Virus record (IMG/VR): IMGVR_UViG_3300032214_000715
Coordinates: 124,001-188,000 of that record
Strand: one strand, 5' to 3'
Length of the DNA: 64,000 nt
The stretch's first letter is position 1; every line of letters starts with the position of its first letter. Positions 29,201-38,031 of this stretch are shown piece after piece. Made by a program: the position numbers and the translations under genes. The notes under the pieces were generated by a model. That model was not told the DNA's origin. It saw only the letters and a list, made by a program, of their open reading frames with translations, and searched no databases.

Positions 29201-29488
29201 TCTTCCGTCGCTACCGCCTAGATATGAGCATATTATTTTTTCATTTACACTGGAAATTCCCGTGCTACTGGGTCTTATCCAGCATTCAATTGTATAACTT
29301 ACTCCGCTAAGATTTAAATTAGTATCAGCAGTGTTTACCCATAATTCGCCGCCGGCGTCAAATTTCACGCTATTAAAATTTTGCGGTATTACTAATTCTG
29401 TAGTGCCAACAGTGTTAATTACATCGCCGACGAAAAACTCAGTTTCGGATACGTAATTTCCACTGGATGCCATTAATATTCCACTCAT
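23264..29488 (-). CDS. Giant adhesin with 7 LamG/concanavalin-like domains and Gly-rich domains
   Basis: Repeated FxGxxxYL...DFTIExW...WxH.A..R...GYISNLR..KG.A.Y..NFTP units; polyglycine tracts. Confidence 0.85.
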   Translation of the reverse strand: MSGILMASSGNYVSETEFFVGDVINTVGTTELVIPQNFNSVKFDAGGELWVNTADTNLNLSGVSYTIECWIRPSSTGISSVNEKIICSYLGGSDGRTQYSLYLLNGLLTAKLHTGNGNYTTITSTVKLSADIWVHVALTYTAPTTRLYMGGQLIASSNTAISTTNSTKFVIGGNSTATGFFDGHISNLRVVKNGNVLPTASSFTPMGQSLTYAPYIIYPHTGERSENPITSILTCQGSAGEQTFIDNSGNNLTINKSSSGVTATVLSPFINTTTNNGSSYFFSSGYVDVVSGSVSNYTFNLEANDFTIELWMYTDASPSSGMILIDTRTGNSNGYVLNTNSNRTITLNRWGATILTSSERINLSCWNHIAAVRSGNEIRIYVNGVSSNNTTGITGTTTFTVPGSILRIGQKLWASSGVGNFVGYISDVRILKGTALYVSNFTPPTTRLQPINNTILLTLQTPWRPVDNSVTNAIVQAYNTVRSDVFSPTSSAAFYRNWSTYFNGNGDYLTIPTNAAFSFDTGDFTIECWVYLNTKTGYPVFAMLGDGVDATPTQRLCAWSLYFDGGANQLVFARYTPTYAGLTFSWNPSLNQWYHVCLTRGGTSLRAFVNGTQIGTTQSNNTNYTAVNSTSLHVGRFIANGGVSFFLNGYISNLRIVKGTAVYTSNFTPSSSPLTAITNTALLTCQNGYPVDVSSNKFSITINSNPLPVQFSPFNVETTSTVDVDYVIVGGGGGGGSGVAGGGGGGGGVITGSTTVTPGTKIINVGAGGLVGENGKASIIHLSPYYGASFVGSNSYLSVPTNSAFGFGTGDFTIEFWAKWDGKLPTSAVNGGTFIDLRAAVGAESTAIFLSTGGALQYYNGPANLVYGSTAFTTNVWNHVALTRQSGVWRIFLNGIEATGTHTSASDLGTTKPVLIGQGINGSTTSFSGLISSLRIIKGTALYTANFVPSGGRLSTINNTVLLTAQELTAIPQPVNYSILFNGSSYLSIPKGPAHEFGSTPFTVEGWINAPNVSTVQGILGNFQSVAGGGWRVVLSSGYISYYQTGGGQAYSNTTILPNTWNHFAVVGDGSTIRMFLNGILGEVTCNQLSTITSQGHLVIGLNPDTLVWLFNGYMSNIRIVKGTALYSANSANFIPPISALTTIENTTLLTCSGTSIIDSSTNNLALTVNGSATVDVNTPYGTETQRWSTYFDGAGDYMSTGSNTAFNFGTGDFTVEFWVNSADVSSATQRGILQTSTTNGGLMTSYGTGITVIQGLSRTLSNLTGSLIVNVAGTWVGPTIAVMTANTWNHVAIARVSGTATLYINGTSVDSRVAAEDITATNIAIGGYYSTSYLFRGYLSNLRVVKSTAVYTANFTPSTTPLSATVNTTLLTCQGALFVDNSTNNLSFTARADVRPILSSPFTSTAVTTQSRSVFFDGTGDYLSTSNSTAFNFGTGDFTVEGWVYLTTTENRGIFQLSGNSIGLNASASNTIGLYVDNVAGAPYSVYWAGTAANTGATAVINVWTHFALIRRSGRTTVYINGVPAASRIDTTNYSCTGVAIGGYYSTSYLLKGYISNFRVVKGRALYIDSIAPTSSLTAIANTTLLTANAEQIVDGSNNNLTITKVSNPTVVTVGPFGSATPDPFLDGSITNATITTVGPVSKVLTSPTFEAYGGGSGGNWLAYNSATSGLSGASGGGAVGYYMPTGIGYGATSPGAGFSTQGNSGGTATPWSACYVHRGAGGGGAGAVGGNTLSCSAGDGGLGRLVSFTNKYYGGGGGGGVSSDNGYSATVGLNGLGGIGGGGNGHRNTVPAVAATNGQANTGGGGGGGGGLGGSGTVIIRYKSKITDTVFDKPGTYYYVVPDGVYNVSVVCVGAGSGRGLAVKAGDSTFGTTEVIGYGANGTVGGSYVGTGGANGGNGGDTYTVLTVLRGGSGGGAAGYRGNGGVGLNPIITTPLGGLGVGIYGIGSTSGNAVADGGGGGGGGSSPFTQNGYGSWGGSFGTQYWTNSFGGLFGGGAGGYFASTPAAGGGGGGLGWKNNIVVTPGQIIPIVVGNGIKNYNAGGGGAWGAVRVISGSGRSFPDASGPSIQSSN

Positions 29489-29497
29489 AATTTATTC

Positions 29498-31978
29498 CTA
29501 TATTTCTTTATTTCCAGAAGTAATTCGTACAAATCCACTCTTATTATTTGACGCTCCGACTACTATATTTAATTGTTGTCCTGGTTTAACCGTCATATTA
29601 TGCTTAGTAATTATTTCATCAGTTCTTGCGTAAACATAATCCTCAACACTAGTTGCTCCATTGGATAATACAAATCTATCTGGAGCACCCCTACATTCAA
29701 TATCTATAAAAAATACTCCATCGGGTACAACATACTTAAAATTTCCAGATTGATTGTAAATAGACTCGGTGATATTACTAATATATTTAACTGCTATCAC
29801 GTGATTATCATCTGATGATGCTAAGCACTTTATTGAATTTTTTGTTGCGTCGGCAATAGCGTCAGAGCCTACTGCTATATTATATGTGCCAGCTAAAAGC
29901 TTTAAATTTTTAGCTAATAACGAATTTTGATAGGTAGTGCTGTTTTGTAAAGCTACACTGTAATTATAATTACTAGTATTTTCTAATCTTAATATGTCAA
30001 CAGCGGTAGTTATTGAAAATGGAGATTTGTCGCTGTTCTGAGCGTTAACAATTTGTAAATTAGCGTTTTTAGAACTATTATTTTCAGTCACTGAATATTG
30101 AGCTATTAATAAACTAGTATTTAAAATTGGAGTCAAATGAGTGATTGGGCATTTAAAAACTGTGATGTTCCTTGCTACTCCGCGAGTAATTCTAACATCC
30201 TGTAAATACCCATTCCAATTTTTACCTATAATCAGTGATTCGCAATTACTGTAATTGGTATTATCTACACAGTATCTTGCCCATTTATTATTTCCAAATT
30301 GTCTTATTGATTGTTGTACTCCATTAATATAGCAAGTGAGTATTTTATTGCGTCTTTGAATGCTTATAAAATTCCAAGATTTGAACCAAGATTCAGAACG
30401 AACTAAATCAGTTAAATACACACTGGTATTTGAACCGTCGTTAATTACTATTCCGAATTGATTCCCGAATTCAGAATTATTAAGTCTTATCTCCAACGTT
30501 TTATTGTTTTGATAATGTGCGGTAAAAACACTGCGAGTTTTCAAGTCATTAATCGCTAAATATGCCCAGCACTCAATAGTATAATCTTCTGTACCAAAAT
30601 CAAATATAGATGAATTGAATGGATAAGTTATTGACGCAGATGTAATATTTCTAGTTATCTTGTTTTTTAAATCACTATTATCAACAAACAAATTAGGATG
30701 CTGAGCGGTTAATAATACAGTGTTAATAGTTTTTGGTAAAGGTTTGTCTAATGGAGTAAAATTTGAAGTGTATATAGCACTGTCTTTTATAACTCTTACA
30801 TTTGATACTTTTCCATTGAGTGCGTATAATATATTGCCCGCGGAATCTGAACCCAATTTACCAATGTGTTTTATGTAATTAATATCGTTATTAACAATTG
30901 ACCCATTAATTACGCCGTCAACAAATATGCGAATTGTGCCCGATGATCTAGTAACCGCTAAATGATACCATCTATCACTAACTATAACAGTGTTGCTAGA
31001 TAAACTAAGTCCATTACTGTAGTAGTGTAGCTCTCCTCCGACTATTGATATTAGTTGTTGATTAATGTTGTTGTGTAAATACCCTATAACACAGCAATTT
31101 GAATTTACATTTGATATATTTACCCAACACTCTACAGTGTAATCATTACTTAATTCAATTAAATCAAAGTCAATAGACGTATTTCCAAAGAAATTAGCAC
31201 TAGTGTTCTTTTTATTGTCAATTATTTTTAATTCAGAATTGTCGTTAAAGCTGGCACTACTATCGAAGAATTTATATTCAGCGCTGTATGAGCCGGTATT
31301 AGTATTCAGTACAGTATTAGCATATGGACTGATATCTACAAAATTAGCATCGTGCTCAGTTAAACTTAAATGTAACACAGTGTTATCATAATATGAATCT
31401 GATTCATTTGAAAACAAATTCTGTGGTATATCGTAATTGGGCGTGTAATATACGGCTGAATCAGTGATCAATCTTAAGTTACTTATATACCCACTAAAAC
31501 TGACGGGTTTATTACCGCTCACACGAATATTACACTGTGCTAGCTTAATAGTTTCTAAATAAACTAAATTCCCGACATCTACACCATCTACATATAGAGT
31601 TAATATATTATCGCAACGCTCTACTACAATGTGATGCCAGCTATTATTAGTAAATGACTCGTTCTGCTGAATTATCTCTTTAGTATTACTATCTTGTAAT
31701 CTTACTGCTAGTTTATTAAAATCTTTTACTTTATAAATTGTGAATTCGTTATTCGCAGAACTGATTATTTCATAACTGTCGACAGTTGATACGGTTGAAT
31801 ATACCCAGAATTCAAAAGTAAAATCGTTAGTTAGATTTTTTTCTAGTTCAGAAACTTCAATATATGAGTACTCATTCAAATATACACTATTTGTTCGTGA
31901 GGGTACAGTAAACTTATATAAAGTTGGAGTAGAGTATACTATACCGTCAAATTGATTATCAGTGATATTTGATTCCAT
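29498..31978 (-). CDS. Divergent LamG-domain protein (3 domains), AT- and Asn-rich paralogue of the neighbouring adhesin
   Basis: FTFEFW / YTVECW / YTIECW, WHH, GYISNLR motifs; late promoter at 31986-31992. Confidence 0.75.
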   Translation of the reverse strand: MESNITDNQFDGIVYSTPTLYKFTVPSRTNSVYLNEYSYIEVSELEKNLTNDFTFEFWVYSTVSTVDSYEIISSANNEFTIYKVKDFNKLAVRLQDSNTKEIIQQNESFTNNSWHHIVVERCDNILTLYVDGVDVGNLVYLETIKLAQCNIRVSGNKPVSFSGYISNLRLITDSAVYYTPNYDIPQNLFSNESDSYYDNTVLHLSLTEHDANFVDISPYANTVLNTNTGSYSAEYKFFDSSASFNDNSELKIIDNKKNTSANFFGNTSIDFDLIELSNDYTVECWVNISNVNSNCCVIGYLHNNINQQLISIVGGELHYYSNGLSLSSNTVIVSDRWYHLAVTRSSGTIRIFVDGVINGSIVNNDINYIKHIGKLGSDSAGNILYALNGKVSNVRVIKDSAIYTSNFTPLDKPLPKTINTVLLTAQHPNLFVDNSDLKNKITRNITSASITYPFNSSIFDFGTEDYTIECWAYLAINDLKTRSVFTAHYQNNKTLEIRLNNSEFGNQFGIVINDGSNTSVYLTDLVRSESWFKSWNFISIQRRNKILTCYINGVQQSIRQFGNNKWARYCVDNTNYSNCESLIIGKNWNGYLQDVRITRGVARNITVFKCPITHLTPILNTSLLIAQYSVTENNSSKNANLQIVNAQNSDKSPFSITTAVDILRLENTSNYNYSVALQNSTTYQNSLLAKNLKLLAGTYNIAVGSDAIADATKNSIKCLASSDDNHVIAVKYISNITESIYNQSGNFKYVVPDGVFFIDIECRGAPDRFVLSNGATSVEDYVYARTDEIITKHNMTVKPGQQLNIVVGASNNKSGFVRITSGNKEI

Positions 31979-31993
31979 ATAATAGTATTTATG

Positions 31994-32020
31994 AAAAATG
32001 GCGACTCAAGTCGCCATTTT
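31994..32020. terminator. Intrinsic terminator
   Basis: AAAAATGGCGACT-CA-AGTCGCCATTTT. Confidence 0.85.
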
Positions 32021-32038
32021 AATAAGTGTATTAAACTA

Positions 32039-35000
32039 TCAAGTAATACTACCAGTTAATATAGCCTCTGTTGCGCTATTAAACCACAAGAATGCGGTGC
32101 CACGTGCGGCCAATGTAAAGTTTCCAGTGTTAGCGGTGCCGTCTTTTCTTAAAGTCATACCAGAACCCTGCGTAAATGTAATCGCGACCGCGCTGTCGTT
32201 GTAGAAACTGAATGCGTCACCGGCAGCATATGTGTTGGATGGTATAGTTACGCCCGCTGTAACTGCTATGCGTTTTCCTTTAGCGTTGGCGTCAAACGTG
32301 GTGACTCTAGGAAGACCTAGATAGCCAATTTCTAAAGCCGATGCTCCGGACCCAATTCTTGGAATTTTACCAAAAGAAACTACGCCCGCTGTTGATCCAG
32401 TACTTAAATCAATAGTTAAATCATTGCTTCCGGTAAAGGTACTCGCGTTGGATCTAACTTGTACTACGCCAACGTTGGTAACCAGAGTTGGGCCGCCAGG
32501 TGTTGTAGTTGACGCTGGTCCCCATGCGGGAGCTCCGGAGATCACTGTTAATACTTGATCAGTTGATCCTATTCCAAGTTTTGTTAGCGTGTTGCTTGCG
32601 CCACCTATTAACAAATCACCCGTGGCATAAGTTCCGTGCCCAGTTCCGCCTTTGGTAGCAGTAATTGTACCAGATATATTACTGGCAGCAACTGATAGAG
32701 CAGACCACACAGCATCTGTGCCATTAGACGTTAAATAATTATTTTCTTTTCCAGATTGAGATGGTAATATATTACGAGCGGCTGCTGCTTGAGTGGTGGC
32801 GTTTGTGCCGCCCTTCTCAATAGATACAGTGCCGACTAATCCGCTAGCGCTAAGCGCCGGTGTCCCCCAACTAGCATTTGTACCGTCAGAAGTTAAAAAT
32901 AGACCGTTCGCCGCAGACTGCGGAGGTAATATATTACGAGCTGCGGCTGCTTGAGTGGTAGCATCGGTTCCCCCTCTAGTTATCGGTAATGTGCCAGTAG
33001 TGTCAGTTAGTGGAATTGACGCAACCGCCGTCATGGCATTTGACCCATTACCTTTTATATACCCAGATAGTGAGTTAGCTCCTGTTCCTCCATGTGGTAC
33101 GTTTAATACACCCGCAATAGTTACATCGGAGTTATTTACTAAATCGACACTTGAAGCATTGCCTACTGTTAGACCAGTTGTTCCTGTTTTAAGAGTAATC
33201 TTAGAAACTGCTGTGCCCCAGCTAGCATTTGTACCGTCGGTTGTAAGAAATCTATTCTCCTTGTTTGCCTGTGGAGGTAATATAGCTCTAGCTGCGCCTG
33301 CCTGATCATTAGCACCGGTTCCGCCATTAGCAAGCGATAATATATTTGAAACATCAGTATTTAATTGTATCTTAGACAGAGTTACGTTGCTTCCATTTGA
33401 ACGAAGAACTGTATTTGCCAACGTTGAAGAGTTTTGAGTCAACGCGTTTATGGCTGCTTGCTCGGTAGCTTGTCCTGTACCGCCTTTGGATATCTCAATT
33501 GTACCATCTATAAAACTAGAGTTAATTGCGGGCGTTCCCCAACTTACAGTCGTGCCATTTGTAGTTAAAAACTTTCCATCATTATCAGTTTGAGTTGGAA
33601 GAACATCGCTGGACGTAATGGTCTTCCATAATGGAGCGCTGCTTCCTCCAGCGCTGGTTAGAACTTGCCCACTAGTACCATAATTAGTTCCGCTTAGTCC
33701 CCAAGCACCGCTTTTGTTAATTCTAAATCTTTCTGTATTGGCATTATGTCTTACTATAAAATTACTGCCTGTTGATGGAGCCGATGATGATACTTGAAGT
33801 ATGATATTTTGACCAGTTCCGTTGGTTCCAGAACCGTCAAGTCCTGATTGTAATGTAATACTTCCGCCCGCATAGCCACTATAACTAGCGGATCCGTCGC
33901 CTGCTTTAATAAGTATACTTTGTCCGTCATTAGTACTATTAGGCAAAGAAATTTGAGTTAAGGCAGTCATACTGGTTATATCACCGTTTGTCCCACTTTT
34001 TGCCGCACCTAAATTAGTTCTAGCATTTTGTGCGTCCGTGGCGCCAGTTCCGCCATGTTCTACTTTTAATACTCCCCCTAACGTTACAACGTCGTTAATA
34101 ACGCTAGTAGATAACCCAGTATTTCCTCCGGAAATAGAAGCAGTAGGCACATTCTGCCAAATCGGAGGCAAATTAGGGCCTTTAGAAGTAAGTACTTGTC
34201 CTGATGTCCCGCTTGATGGATTAACGTCGCCTAATTGCCACGCCCCGTTGTTACTGATAGTTAAGCGATTAGTTATTGTATTATCGCTTGCTGTTTTAAA
34301 TGATACAGATGACCCTACTAAAGTTATTGACGAGAAACTGCCATCATTTCCATTAATAGCAGCAATACTTGATGAGTCACTTTCCGGAATAAATTGAAGT
34401 TCATTACCACTAATTACATCGGCAACTACTAATGGAGCCTGAGGAGTAGTTGTTCCTATACCAACGTATCCATCTACATTTAAAGACGTTAAAGTTCCAA
34501 CGGTAGTTAATGATGAGGTTGTTAGCGTTTCTGGCAAAGTGGTGCCTATAATATTTTCAGCACTAGCCGGCATTGCGCTCCAAATTGGAGAAGAATTATT
34601 GCCTTGTGATACTAGTACCTGTCCACTTACTCCTGTTTGACCGTCCACACTCCACGCTCCGCGATCAAGTATGGCCAATCTGTTTACTAATGCCGTGCCA
34701 GCGCCCCCGGTGGTTCTTATTATTACTGACCCGCCAATAGATTCACTAGCACTGCCGCCATCTATATACACTGCTCCTCCAGGCACTCCGGCCCCGGTGG
34801 CGGCGCCGCCTCGCAATAATATGTTTCCTGGCTGTCCGTTATTAATAGGCTGAACTCCGGGTCTAAGCATAATACTCAATGGGGCTTTAGAACTGCCCCC
34901 GTTAGCTACTCCTTGCGGAGTAGATAATTCAAATATATCAGAGCTTAATCCGGCTGATATATCACCTATGTTTATTTTACTAATACCATTAAATGTTAAT

Positions 35001-37966
35001 CTAGGTGATCCAGCAATTACTCCGTTGTTATTAAACAGTATTTCTCCGGGCTGTCCTGGTATAGGAATATCATCTAAGTCACTCCAAGAGGCGACTGCTC
35101 CGTCTGTGTGTAGAAATTTCCCATTCTTTCCTACTTGAGAAGGAAGCAACGCGTTGAGGGCACTAGCGGGATCGGAAGCTCCAGTTCCACCCTTGTTTAT
35201 GGCTAATACCCCATCAAAATTAATAGTTACCGCTCCAGTGGCTGATGTTACATTGATATTATTACCACCAATTAAAGAAGTTACTCCACTGTTAGTAATT
35301 GTGTTAGAAGTAATCGTAATTCCAGTTCCGCCAATTAAGGAACCTGGTCCGCCAAATTGAGTGAATACTATTGAACTAGTGCCAACATTAAGCGTTCCTG
35401 GAGTATTCATAATCCACTGAGTACCAGTCAATGTTCCTTCTCCAACAAAGAAGGCATCTCCAGCCTGAATACTAGCGCTGGTATTAAAATCAAAGGTTCT
35501 TGTTAAGATATAGGGATTAGCAGTAGCGGTCACCTCATACATTCCATTATGAGCAGTATTTGACTGATTTTTAACTAATACACGATCCCCAATAGCTAAA
35601 GTCACTCCGCCTATAATAGGAAGAGAGGTGGTTCCTACTAGGGTGGCGCCCTCTCCCTGAGTTCCATTTTGATAATTTGCTACTAGCGCTGTAGTAGTGG
35701 CGGTTCTGGCGGCAGTTTTAATAGTTAGCCCAGATGCTAAATTATCAACGTACTGCTTTGTGGCAGCGTGTAAAGACAGTGTAGGATCGGCATTAAGAAA
35801 CAGCGCTCCAGTCATAGTGTCTCCGCTCTTAGACACTCCACCTAAAGCAGTTAGTGCTTCACTCGGCTCTGTACTACCAGTTCCCCCATTAGCTATCGCT
35901 AGTGTGCCACCCAGAACAAATTCGCCAGCTCCAGTTATAGTTTTTGATGTAGCTTGAGGCAAACCTACTGTTAATCCAGTTGAGCCAGTATTAAATCCAA
36001 CACTGGTAACTGTTCCTTGTAAACTGGCGGCAACCCTAATTACTCCATTACCGTCTATTGTTATTGTATTGCCGTCTACTATAACTCCACCCAATCCTAG
36101 AGTTGACGCTGTTGGCAGAGAATAGGCGGGTGCGTTTACTACTCCATAATCATCAATGATAAGACTCTCGCCGATTCGCACACCGCCAAGAGTATTAATA
36201 GTCGCAATTGGAAGTTCATAATTATACTGAGGAATATTTAGAGTTCCATCTACGATGCTAGCTGACCCATAAGACCCTTCTGTGGTTAGCGTTAACTTTC
36301 TCTGATACTGCGGAATATTTAGAGTGGTGCCGTTTAAGACGGCGGCACCAGAGTCTCCTGCTGTAGTAAGCGAAATAGGAGATAGATAACTTATTACTGA
36401 TTTTAATTGTCCATTTTCGTTAAGAGCTATGGTAGTACCGTCAAATTTAACTAATCCAAGTTCAGTGTCTGACGCAACTTTTACGCTGATTTCTCCGTTA
36501 GAAACATCTATATTTTCTCCTACACTTACTACGCCAAGAATAGTGTTGGTGGCTTTATTAACACTAATGACTCCAGTATTGCTATCTAATGTTACATTAT
36601 CCCCGACTCTGACGCCACCTAGCGTGCCACTGCTCGTGCCGGCAACCGGCAAATTATAAGGTGGCGGAATCTCGGCCCACACTAATGTTTGCCCATTTGT
36701 TTTTAGATATAGGTCTTCATTTCCGTCTTGATTCGGAAGCAACTCGTTTACATCAGCTCTAATAGTACCATCGTTAGATATTTTTATTGTGGAATCATCT
36801 ACTTTAATTAATCCTAGAACTTCGTCAGTTGCTGGAGGAATAGTAGATTCTACCCAACTAACGGAGACTCCGTTAGTCATTAGAAATTTATTTTCGTTGT
36901 TAGTCTGATCCGGAAACGGAGTATCCCATCTTGTATAGAACCCGTTAGTAGTTAAAAACTTGTTAGTATTCCCGGCTTGCGGTGGTAAAATCTGTTCTGG
37001 TGTAGGATATGTCCAACTAAAATTGCCGGCGGTATCAACGTATAAAAACTTAGTTTTGTCTTCGTATTCAATCGGTAATAAATCGTATATACTAGTACTT
37101 AGTGTTCTATTATTTAGTTTAATAGATGTGCCATCAACTCCAGTGATGATAGAAAATAATTCTCCACTTTGTGAATTAATCTCTAGACCTGAATTATTTT
37201 GTATTTTTACCGCACCCAGTACAGTGTCCGAAGCGATAGGAAGTGCGCTCCATTGTGGAGATAACTGTGCTCCACGAGACATTAAAAAGTTTCCGCTAGC
37301 ACCAGAACTCAACCCATCATTTCCAATACTCCAAGATCCGGTACCAGTAATTCTAAAAACTTCGTCCTGTATTTTACCTATCTTAAATATTATGTTTCCC
37401 GGAGCTCCTTCTCCAAATCCTCCACCGCCCATAATAACTACATTTCCAGCTTGAGGGACAAAACTTGAATCAGTATTAGGAAAAGAATCTCCTCCTTTAA
37501 TTACTACGGTGCTTCCAGAATACGTCATATCAAACGCTTGTTCTCCGGAAATTTTAAATGTATCGGACTTGCCGTCTCCAACTGTTAATACGTCCAGTGT
37601 GTTATAAGATATCTTATTAGTGGCAGCTAGAATATTTTCGTAATTAAATTGTAGTTGCCCGGTTATTCCTGCTGGCTGTATTTTACTATAATCTAGTAAG
37701 TCCCATAATAAATTGGTTCCGTCCGTAGATAAAAAATATCCTGCTCCAGTTAAAGGAAATTCAGGTAAACTTGTTCCGCCTCCGGTATTGGTAGTCCAAG
37801 ATACGTTCGTTCCATCAGTGACTAGTATTTTGTTTTCATTTCCAGATTGATCTGGCAGCAAAGCATTAATAGCAGTTTCTCTGGTTGTCTTTCCAGTACC
37901 ACCTTGTGCTATAGGTACAACACCATTGGTTTCTATTGATCCGTTACCAGAAAATATTATAGACAT
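32039..37966 (-). CDS. Long mosaic fibre protein (1975 aa)
   Basis: LPxQxxxxxKFLxTxGxxxSW, LGGV, GGTG and HAATKQYVD...GDRVLVKNQ modules; late promoter at 37991-37997. Confidence 0.8.
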   Translation of the reverse strand: MSIIFSGNGSIETNGVVPIAQGGTGKTTRETAINALLPDQSGNENKILVTDGTNVSWTTNTGGGTSLPEFPLTGAGYFLSTDGTNLLWDLLDYSKIQPAGITGQLQFNYENILAATNKISYNTLDVLTVGDGKSDTFKISGEQAFDMTYSGSTVVIKGGDSFPNTDSSFVPQAGNVVIMGGGGFGEGAPGNIIFKIGKIQDEVFRITGTGSWSIGNDGLSSGASGNFLMSRGAQLSPQWSALPIASDTVLGAVKIQNNSGLEINSQSGELFSIITGVDGTSIKLNNRTLSTSIYDLLPIEYEDKTKFLYVDTAGNFSWTYPTPEQILPPQAGNTNKFLTTNGFYTRWDTPFPDQTNNENKFLMTNGVSVSWVESTIPPATDEVLGLIKVDDSTIKISNDGTIRADVNELLPNQDGNEDLYLKTNGQTLVWAEIPPPYNLPVAGTSSGTLGGVRVGDNVTLDSNTGVISVNKATNTILGVVSVGENIDVSNGEISVKVASDTELGLVKFDGTTIALNENGQLKSVISYLSPISLTTAGDSGAAVLNGTTLNIPQYQRKLTLTTEGSYGSASIVDGTLNIPQYNYELPIATINTLGGVRIGESLIIDDYGVVNAPAYSLPTASTLGLGGVIVDGNTITIDGNGVIRVAASLQGTVTSVGFNTGSTGLTVGLPQATSKTITGAGEFVLGGTLAIANGGTGSTEPSEALTALGGVSKSGDTMTGALFLNADPTLSLHAATKQYVDNLASGLTIKTAARTATTTALVANYQNGTQGEGATLVGTTSLPIIGGVTLAIGDRVLVKNQSNTAHNGMYEVTATANPYILTRTFDFNTSASIQAGDAFFVGEGTLTGTQWIMNTPGTLNVGTSSIVFTQFGGPGSLIGGTGITITSNTITNSGVTSLIGGNNINVTSATGAVTINFDGVLAINKGGTGASDPASALNALLPSQVGKNGKFLHTDGAVASWSDLDDIPIPGQPGEILFNNNGVIAGSPRLTFNGISKINIGDISAGLSSDIFELSTPQGVANGGSSKAPLSIMLRPGVQPINNGQPGNILLRGGAATGAGVPGGAVYIDGGSASESIGGSVIIRTTGGAGTALVNRLAILDRGAWSVDGQTGVSGQVLVSQGNNSSPIWSAMPASAENIIGTTLPETLTTSSLTTVGTLTSLNVDGYVGIGTTTPQAPLVVADVISGNELQFIPESDSSSIAAINGNDGSFSSITLVGSSVSFKTASDNTITNRLTISNNGAWQLGDVNPSSGTSGQVLTSKGPNLPPIWQNVPTASISGGNTGLSTSVINDVVTLGGVLKVEHGGTGATDAQNARTNLGAAKSGTNGDITSMTALTQISLPNSTNDGQSILIKAGDGSASYSGYAGGSITLQSGLDGSGTNGTGQNIILQVSSSAPSTGSNFIVRHNANTERFRINKSGAWGLSGTNYGTSGQVLTSAGGSSAPLWKTITSSDVLPTQTDNDGKFLTTNGTTVSWGTPAINSSFIDGTIEISKGGTGQATEQAAINALTQNSSTLANTVLRSNGSNVTLSKIQLNTDVSNILSLANGGTGANDQAGAARAILPPQANKENRFLTTDGTNASWGTAVSKITLKTGTTGLTVGNASSVDLVNNSDVTIAGVLNVPHGGTGANSLSGYIKGNGSNAMTAVASIPLTDTTGTLPITRGGTDATTQAAAARNILPPQSAANGLFLTSDGTNASWGTPALSASGLVGTVSIEKGGTNATTQAAAARNILPSQSGKENNYLTSNGTDAVWSALSVAASNISGTITATKGGTGHGTYATGDLLIGGASNTLTKLGIGSTDQVLTVISGAPAWGPASTTTPGGPTLVTNVGVVQVRSNASTFTGSNDLTIDLSTGSTAGVVSFGKIPRIGSGASALEIGYLGLPRVTTFDANAKGKRIAVTAGVTIPSNTYAAGDAFSFYNDSAVAITFTQGSGMTLRKDGTANTGNFTLAARGTAFLWFNSATEAILTGSIT

Positions 37967-38031
37967 TCAAAAACTCCAAAGTAATACTAGTATTTATGCT
38001 AGATACATAAACAATTAAGTATCTAGCAATA

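Noticed and set aside
31998-32204. Short ORFs 31998..32204 (+) and 48368..48553 (-)
   Set aside because: They span terminators and the ends of real genes, with no independent coding signal.
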